From: Promethearchaeia archaeon | GTDB taxonomy: Archaea > Asgardarchaeota > Lokiarchaeia > Sigyniarchaeales > SOKP01 | Direction of reading: 5' to 3' | Assembly: GCA_029856125.1 (NCBI GenBank) | Contig: JAHQWJ010000014.1 | Span: 128,001 to 192,000, forward strand | Length of the DNA stretch: 64,000 bases | Part shown: in pieces, positions 57,545 to 64,000 of the stretch | How the letters are laid out: every line of letters starts with the position of its first letter | How positions within the stretch are numbered: position 1 is the stretch's first letter | Translations under genes and position numbers: made by a program | Notes under the pieces: model-generated | Told to the model about the DNA's origin: nothing | The model's input: the letters and a program-made list of their open reading frames with translations, nothing else | Database searches by the model: none

Positions 57545-59731
57545 TTACTTTCTTTTTACGCATTGCTCTTTAGAGATTTGGTAATTTGCACAATTAGAGC
57601 AGAAACCATTAGTACCTTCTTCTTTAAAGCTATCACTCCAACATTTTGGACAGATATAATAGATAAGACTTTTATTGTTCTTCCTTTTTTGTATCTTGAA
57701 CACATTAAAACCACATTTTAAACAATTCGTGGATTTTAATATGGTAATCCTTCCAGTTTTTGGAACTGAGAGGTAAGTCTTACAATTTCTATCAGAACAC
57801 GCTAGGAATCTTTTCTTTTGTGAAGTTGTTACTAATTTCATAGGATAATTTTTACAAGTTGGGCATTTTGAAGTAGTCTGAGGAAAATTTTTTTGAGAAG
57901 TTTGTTGCATTGTTGTTTTTAAATTAGCTTTAACGCTATCAAACTTTATGGTTATCGCATTTTTCTCATTCCGAAATTTATCAAATAAAGCTAAAAAAAT
58001 CTTTTTTACAGTTGAAACGACATTTTCCTTTGTTTTTCTTTTTTCTTTTACATCTTCGAGCAAATTTTCAACAAATCGGGTAAACTCAGGTTTTAAAAAT
58101 GGTAACCACACCTTAATTAGCTCTTGGATAAGAAATTTACCCCATTCAGTTATTTTAAAGCGATTTTTAGCAATATTATAAGTTAATTTACGATCTACCA
58201 GAATTCTTATTATTGTTGGACGAGTGGATTTTGTTCCTAAATGTTCCTTCTCCATCAATTTCAATAAAGTGGTATCGGTGTAATGTGGTGGAGGTTGAGT
58301 TGCCTTTTCATCCAAAAGGATTTCTTTAACCGGAAGTTCCTTAGCTTCGATCTCGAATGCTGGTTGATAAGGTTTTTTCAAAAATGGTGCGATTTCGTAA
58401 AACCCACTCTGGGTTAACGACACGAGACGGGATGAAAAGAGTTCATCTTTGATTGAAAGTTTTAATTTAATTCTCAATTCCTTTGATTTCTCACCGAAAA
58501 GGGCTAAATAATGTCGTGCTAAAATATCGTATACTTTTTTTTGGAGATTATTTTCTAATTTAGAGCTAGCTTGTTCTAAACTTACTAAGGGAGTAATGGG
58601 TGGATGGTCTCCAGCGTCAACTTTTCCTATTGTGGGTTTCAATCGATTTCCTCTAAATAACTTTACTACGTAATTCCCATAATTCATATGGGGCTTGAAA
58701 TTTTCTAAGTATGAAACATGGTTAAAATTTGGGCTATATTTATCGCTATCAGTTCTTGGATAAGAGATAATTTGATTTAAGTATAGAGAATTCATGGCAT
58801 TCATGACAGATTTTGCGCTAGTTCTTAAGATTCTGGTTAACAATACAAGAGCTTTTGAAGTATTCAATGGCGTTGGTGGATTAATTAATGCGGATTCTTT
58901 GGTATTGTTTAATATTATTGCTATTTTTTCGTTTTTAATTTTTTGAAATATGGCTTTCGCTTCAGATTCTTTCTCTTTAATGAATGGATTCTCATTGTGC
59001 ACAGCTTTTATTATATAATTTTTATGCTCTAAATTAGCGGTAATCGTCCAATATGGTTCAGGGATAAATTTTTCGATCTCTCTGTCTCTTAAATAAATCA
59101 AATAGAGTAATGAAGTTTGTACTCTACCTATCGACACAAATTTATTATTAATCTCATTTAGTATTGGCTTGAACGTATTTGTGACTTCCCTAGTGCTTGA
59201 AAAACCAATAATTGCGTCAATAATTGCTCTTGCTTCCCCTGTTTCTCCCCAGCTCCATTTAGGGGAAATTAAATTTCTATATTTTGAAACGATCTCTTTT
59301 TTTTCTAATGAACTTAACCATAACTGGTTTACTTTAATATTTCTATTAGCTTTAATTACATAAGGAAGTGCGTCAAAAAGTCCAATATTACACCCTTCGA
59401 CATCGGCGTCAGTTGCAATTACACATTCGTCGCATTTTTTAGCGAAGTCGATTAAAGCTTTGATATATGGATTAGCATAGCTGATGGCGACTTTATCGAT
59501 TGAATTTGGTTTTGTAATGATTTCTCTTGGATCTGAATTAGTCCAGCTTTTAAATTGATCGGTGTTTCTATACTCTAAAATATGACCTCGAAGAGGAACA
59601 ACATAAATATTCTTAGAAGGTATTTGATAGACTTTTAGGTATTTTGATCTGTTTATGACCGTAACTTGACCTAACGCCTCTGCGATTCTTTGAGCTGCTT
59701 TATTTTTTTCAGATATTATTAAAGTCGGCAT
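57545..59731 (-). CDS. topA: Type IA DNA topoisomerase with C-terminal zinc ribbons
   Basis: TOPRIM SEK...DADVEG, SIGRVQT, catalytic ISYPRTDS, LGTKSTR, several CxxC. Confidence 0.95.
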   Translation of the reverse strand: MPTLIISEKNKAAQRIAEALGQVTVINRSKYLKVYQIPSKNIYVVPLRGHILEYRNTDQFKSWTNSDPREIITKPNSIDKVAISYANPYIKALIDFAKKCDECVIATDADVEGCNIGLFDALPYVIKANRNIKVNQLWLSSLEKKEIVSKYRNLISPKWSWGETGEARAIIDAIIGFSSTREVTNTFKPILNEINNKFVSIGRVQTSLLYLIYLRDREIEKFIPEPYWTITANLEHKNYIIKAVHNENPFIKEKESEAKAIFQKIKNEKIAIILNNTKESALINPPTPLNTSKALVLLTRILRTSAKSVMNAMNSLYLNQIISYPRTDSDKYSPNFNHVSYLENFKPHMNYGNYVVKLFRGNRLKPTIGKVDAGDHPPITPLVSLEQASSKLENNLQKKVYDILARHYLALFGEKSKELRIKLKLSIKDELFSSRLVSLTQSGFYEIAPFLKKPYQPAFEIEAKELPVKEILLDEKATQPPPHYTDTTLLKLMEKEHLGTKSTRPTIIRILVDRKLTYNIAKNRFKITEWGKFLIQELIKVWLPFLKPEFTRFVENLLEDVKEKRKTKENVVSTVKKIFLALFDKFRNEKNAITIKFDSVKANLKTTMQQTSQKNFPQTTSKCPTCKNYPMKLVTTSQKKRFLACSDRNCKTYLSVPKTGRITILKSTNCLKCGFNVFKIQKRKNNKSLIYYICPKCWSDSFKEEGTNGFCSNCANYQISKEQCVKRK

Positions 59732-59902
59732 TAGGTTATAGCTATTTCAAGCTTTTATAAATAACAATAGATCCATATATTTGTAATCTATTTCTAATTG
59801 TTTTTAAAAAACACACATCTAATTTGAATAAGAAAATTCCTCCTATTATAATTTTTTATTATCGATATCGGCTTGACTTAATAATCTTTTAAGAAAAGGG
59901 GT

Positions 59903-62900
59903 TTATTGTTTTGGAAGAGTAAAGCTAAATTCAGCCCCAAAATCTCTTCCTTTTGATTCAACCCATATTTTTCCTCCATGTGCTTCTATAAAACCCCTAG
60001 CAATATACAATCCTAACCCCGTTCCTTTATCTAAAGTAGAATATCCATCAGCTCCTTGTTCAATTGTCACGAATTTACCAAAGAGCTTTTGAATTTCTTC
60101 TGGAGTCAGTCCTTGTCCGTTATCTTTTATTTTGAATAGAACTTTTTCATCTTCTTCTACAACAGAGATATCGATTTTCCCATTCTTGGGAGTAAATTTG
60201 ACCGCATTTGATAAAAGATTCAAAATAGCTTGCGTAATTCTAAAGTTATCTACTCTCATATTAAGATTTTCTGAGATGTCAATATTAACCGTTAAATCTT
60301 TCTGGCTAACTTGAAATTCTAAATCAGAAAGACAACTCTTTATCATTTTATGAATGTTTTCTTCTCTTTTAACTAACTCTACCTTTTTTGCTTCGATTTT
60401 CATTACATCTAATAATCTATTAATATACCCATCTAACCGATGTACATTATTCAGAACCCTATTTAAGTCCTCCTTAACCTCCTCTTTCAATCCCTTTTCC
60501 CTTAAAAGGATCAGATCTACATACCCTCCTACTGATATTAAAGGTGTTTTTAAGTCGTGAGCAGCAATGCTAATAAAATCTGTCTTTAACCTATCTAATT
60601 CTTTCAATTCAATATTCTGTTGTCTTAGCATTCTTTCAGATTCTTTTAATTTCTCTTCAGCGAGTTTTTTTTCAGTAATATCTTGTATTATTGCTAGAAT
60701 CATTAGTTCCCCGCCTATACTAACGGTAGACAATTCAGATTCAGTCCACATAGCTTTTTTATCTTTGTTATAAATTTTTGTAATTTGAGGTCTCATTATT
60801 GGATCAGATGGTTCCCCTTTAGACATCAAATCCTGAACCATTCTCAATCCAGGCAATGTTTCTTTGGGAAAAATATCAGTAAGAGTCAAATATTTTTTAT
60901 CAATAAGGTCTTCTTCTTGATAACCAAAGAGTTTCGTTGTTGCCTTGTTCATTTCAATGATTTTGCCTTCAAAATTTAAAAGTACGATACTAAATGGAGA
61001 ATTCTCAAATAAATGGCGATATTTCTCCTCTGATTCTTTTAGTTTTTTTTCAGCTCGTTTCCGATCAGTAATATCGTGAAAAGTAACCGCAAAATATCCT
61101 TTTTTCGTTGAATAACTTGAGACGATATACCAACGATCAAGTGGTTCTGAATAATCTTCTGCAGTTAGAGGCTCTCCTGTAAGACCTACATTCCCATACC
61201 TTCCAATCCAATCTGCAGGATCATTTTCAATTCCGGGCAATACTTCGGTTACAGTCTTTCCGATTATTTCACTTACTTTTAAGCCAGTCAGTTTTTCAAA
61301 TTGACTATTTGCTTCTATGAATCTATAATCGATTGGTATGTTATCATCGTTCACTAACACCTCGGAATAGGCAAAACCCGAATTCATATTTTCAAACAAT
61401 AAACGATATTTTTCTTCGGATTCTTTTATTTCTTGTTTGGCTAAATTTTGATTTGTAACATCGGTAATAAGAGCTAAATCAGCTAATCTACCTAAATAAT
61501 TAATAGTTTTACCGTAAGAATCTATCCATTTAATTTTTCCACTTTTCGTAATTATCCTATAAGAGCTGTACGATGGGAGATCGGGATCACCCGTTTGTCT
61601 TCCCTTCATGTATTCAATGGCTTGTTTTCGATCTTCGGGAAAAATATTGTTTATTAATTCTTTTGGTGTCCATTCCATCATTTCATCCGTTGTATATTCA
61701 TTAATAGCTAACATCGCATTGTTGACATACTTAATGTTGTCATCTTGAATAATTGCTATTCCAATTGTTGAATGTTCAGTAATGGTCCTAAACTTCTCTT
61801 CTGATTCTTTTAACTCTTGTTCAGCTTTCCTACGATTAGAAATGTCTAAGACCGTTACTAAATCTGCAGGTCTACCCATATATTCAATAGTCTTAGAATA
61901 ATTGTCCAGCCATTTAATACTTCCCTTCTTATCAAAAATTCGATAATTATATTGGGATATGTAATCTAATGAACCGCTTTGTTTTTTTCTTAATTGTTCT
62001 ACAACCCAGTTTCTATCCTCTGGATGAATGCTTTGAAAAATATCCATTGGACTAAATTCTTTTACTTCATCAACATCATAACCAGCTAAAGTAGCAAATT
62101 GTTGATTTACATATTTAATTTTATTATCTTGTATAATCGCGATACCCATTAAAGAACTTTCAGCAATAGTTCTAAATTTTTGTTCAGACTCTCTAAGCTC
62201 CTTAGTTCTTTCTTGTACCTTTTTTTCTAATTCCTTATTTAAAATCTTCAGTTCTTCTTCAGATTTCTGTAATTTTAAGCCGGCTATTTTTTTTTCAGTG
62301 ATATCTTGCATTATAACTTGAATAAGCGTTTCGTCTCCCAGCTTAATTTTTGAACTAGTTATATGTATCCACTTTTCTATCCCATCTGCTCGTGTCATTT
62401 TAAATTCTAAGGCTTTCATTGGTTTGTCTTGAACAAAGTTTTCAAATTTACTCTTAAAAAAAGGAATGAAATATTCTGGTCTTTCAAGCATTCCTAATAC
62501 TTCTACAAAATTTTTCCCTACAAGATTTCCTCTCGTGTGTTTCGAGAACATTATGTTTGTAGTTGGATTACAATCAATTAGTACGCCATTTAAGTCAACT
62601 ATCCAAATTGCATAAGGAGAACTTTCAAATAAGTGCCTGTATTTCTCTTCTGATTGTTTAAGCTTAAGTTCTAAGTTAAATTTCTCAGTAATGTCTTTAC
62701 TTATCCCATAGAAACCTATTTTTTTACCATAAGATTCTTTATTTAAATAAACGGAGGATTCAACAATGACTTTTGTATTCCCTTTATCAATGAACTCAAA
62801 TTGGAAGTGTTCTTGTTGTAAACCAGATTTATAAACCGCATTAAATTTTTTAATGACCTTCCTCTTATTTTCGTCGTCCATAAGTTGTTTATAATTTTTA

Positions 62901-63523
62901 CCCATCATTTCGTTTAATGAATAACCAGTCATTTGAGTGAAGGATTTGTTCATATATGTGAAATTTCCTTCTAAATCCACTTCAAAATATGCTTCTTTTA
63001 TATTATCAATTATTTGTCTGTATTTTTTTTCAAAAGCTATAGATTTTTGAAACGAAGCTTTTTCGTCCTTAGTTAGGAGTAGCTTCCAAAATCGGATTTC
63101 TTGCATGTTTTCAGCTAATTTTTTAAATTCTTCCTCGTTTTTATTCCATTCTTCTTCCTTCTTTTTGAATTGAGTAATATCTCGAGTTGTAATCAAATAT
63201 TTGGTTTCTTGTGCTTCGTTTTTGAATAAGCGCCCTCTAAATTCATAAAATCTGAAGTTATCACCATAACGAACCCTTAACGTTACTGCTGCTTGTTCAA
63301 GCTTTGACACATTTTGGAGAAAATCCACGCCACGATGAGAATCGTTGGGATGCAAAATGTCAGTTATTTTACCTCCTAAGCTTGTCAAACCTAAGTTTTT
63401 CAAATGAAGATTTTCTGTAGCATATTCAATCTCGTAATCTTTGTTTAAAATAAAGATGGGATCGTCGAGATATTCTTTTAGGACGTCCCCTATATTATAG
63501 CCAAAATTAGTAGTTGATACCAT
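59903..63523 (-). CDS. Soluble multi-PAS sensor histidine kinase
   Basis: About 7 PAS/PAC units (SEEK(Y/F)R...DIT); H-box AAHDLKTPL, NLLSNAVKFT, DNGQG, GTGLGL. Confidence 0.95.
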   Translation of the reverse strand: MVSTTNFGYNIGDVLKEYLDDPIFILNKDYEIEYATENLHLKNLGLTSLGGKITDILHPNDSHRGVDFLQNVSKLEQAAVTLRVRYGDNFRFYEFRGRLFKNEAQETKYLITTRDITQFKKKEEEWNKNEEEFKKLAENMQEIRFWKLLLTKDEKASFQKSIAFEKKYRQIIDNIKEAYFEVDLEGNFTYMNKSFTQMTGYSLNEMMGKNYKQLMDDENKRKVIKKFNAVYKSGLQQEHFQFEFIDKGNTKVIVESSVYLNKESYGKKIGFYGISKDITEKFNLELKLKQSEEKYRHLFESSPYAIWIVDLNGVLIDCNPTTNIMFSKHTRGNLVGKNFVEVLGMLERPEYFIPFFKSKFENFVQDKPMKALEFKMTRADGIEKWIHITSSKIKLGDETLIQVIMQDITEKKIAGLKLQKSEEELKILNKELEKKVQERTKELRESEQKFRTIAESSLMGIAIIQDNKIKYVNQQFATLAGYDVDEVKEFSPMDIFQSIHPEDRNWVVEQLRKKQSGSLDYISQYNYRIFDKKGSIKWLDNYSKTIEYMGRPADLVTVLDISNRRKAEQELKESEEKFRTITEHSTIGIAIIQDDNIKYVNNAMLAINEYTTDEMMEWTPKELINNIFPEDRKQAIEYMKGRQTGDPDLPSYSSYRIITKSGKIKWIDSYGKTINYLGRLADLALITDVTNQNLAKQEIKESEEKYRLLFENMNSGFAYSEVLVNDDNIPIDYRFIEANSQFEKLTGLKVSEIIGKTVTEVLPGIENDPADWIGRYGNVGLTGEPLTAEDYSEPLDRWYIVSSYSTKKGYFAVTFHDITDRKRAEKKLKESEEKYRHLFENSPFSIVLLNFEGKIIEMNKATTKLFGYQEEDLIDKKYLTLTDIFPKETLPGLRMVQDLMSKGEPSDPIMRPQITKIYNKDKKAMWTESELSTVSIGGELMILAIIQDITEKKLAEEKLKESERMLRQQNIELKELDRLKTDFISIAAHDLKTPLISVGGYVDLILLREKGLKEEVKEDLNRVLNNVHRLDGYINRLLDVMKIEAKKVELVKREENIHKMIKSCLSDLEFQVSQKDLTVNIDISENLNMRVDNFRITQAILNLLSNAVKFTPKNGKIDISVVEEDEKVLFKIKDNGQGLTPEEIQKLFGKFVTIEQGADGYSTLDKGTGLGLYIARGFIEAHGGKIWVESKGRDFGAEFSFTLPKQ

Positions 63524-63680
63524 TTTACCTAAAGACCTCTTGAACTTATTAGATATTAAGTTCTTAATTTATATTTTAGTAAAGATTTTTAATAATGTTA
63601 TTCTTTCCAACAACTAAAAGTTGTTATGTAAAAATTATAAGCAAACATATCTAATCTCTTATAAAGTAATAAATAGTATT

Positions 63681-64000
63681 ATGGTTAATATCGAACCTTC
63701 TTTTGAAATCGATGAGAAAGGACGAGTTATCTGTCAATCTCACTCAAGATATCCCTATTTTATTCAACCAGGTAAAACATATTTTGAGGAAAGAAAGATG
63801 GAGAAAGAATTAACATGCCTTACTTGTTCACATTATAAAAATGACGATTGCTATTTTCCTAGGTCTGAAATTGATAAAATAGAGTTAGATCGGTTAACTA
63901 GGTCACTATTTCAATGTAACCTATGCGGAAATAAAATCGACCTCATGCTAACTCTCATGCAAAAGATTTTTTACGAAGTAAAATTCAATATGAAAATGCC
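63681..64000 (+). CDS. Cys/His-rich (zinc-binding) hypothetical protein, runs off the window end
   Basis: MVNIEPSFEIDEKGRVICQSH...CLTCSHYKNDDC...CNLCG; open to the end of the window. Confidence 0.8.
   Translation, partial: MVNIEPSFEIDEKGRVICQSHSRYPYFIQPGKTYFEERKMEKELTCLTCSHYKNDDCYFPRSEIDKIELDRLTRSLFQCNLCGNKIDLMLTLMQKIFYEVKFNMKM

Noticed and set aside
1-64000. Short (60-150 aa) ORFs antisense to or nested in long genes
   Set aside because: Fully overlap well-supported genes and show no family motifs
1-64000. CRISPR arrays, tRNA/rRNA genes, IS transposases, integrases
   Set aside because: No repeat-spacer periodicity, no GC-rich cloverleaf or rRNA-like tracts, and no DDE or tyrosine recombinase motifs seen by eye

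Overview
AT-rich archaeal DNA (roughly 30% GC by eye). The gene content points to an Asgard archaeon, most likely Lokiarchaeia: an actin-family protein, a Rab-like GTPase with a longin/uDENN-like N-terminus, SDS22-type LRR and HEAT-repeat proteins, two TFB paralogs, an IPGF-TM sorted surface protein, a multi-PAS histidine kinase and a tungsten AOR. About 55 genes are present, mostly heterotrophic metabolism (threonine catabolism, acyl-CoA and hydrolase enzymes, Fe-S oxidoreductases) and transport. I found no rRNA, tRNA, CRISPR array or transposase. Highlights: (1) two tandem P2A-like P-type ATPases that have lost the Ca2+ ligands and carry PINI/PINL in M4, with Ile at the position diagnostic for eukaryotic P4 lipid flippases; (2) a catalytically divergent actin-related protein near a coiled-coil/poly-Pro protein with a WH2/VASP-like tail, a HEAT protein and an uncalled 90-aa gene; (3) several genes that appear to start at ATT/ATC/ATA after a good Shine-Dalgarno; (4) a small variable island (1.6-4.1 kb) with a 115-bp direct repeat of a gene 3' end, a decapitated gene, and a frameshifted LRR gene flanked by imperfect repeats. 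All assignments come from motif recognition only; no database searches were run.
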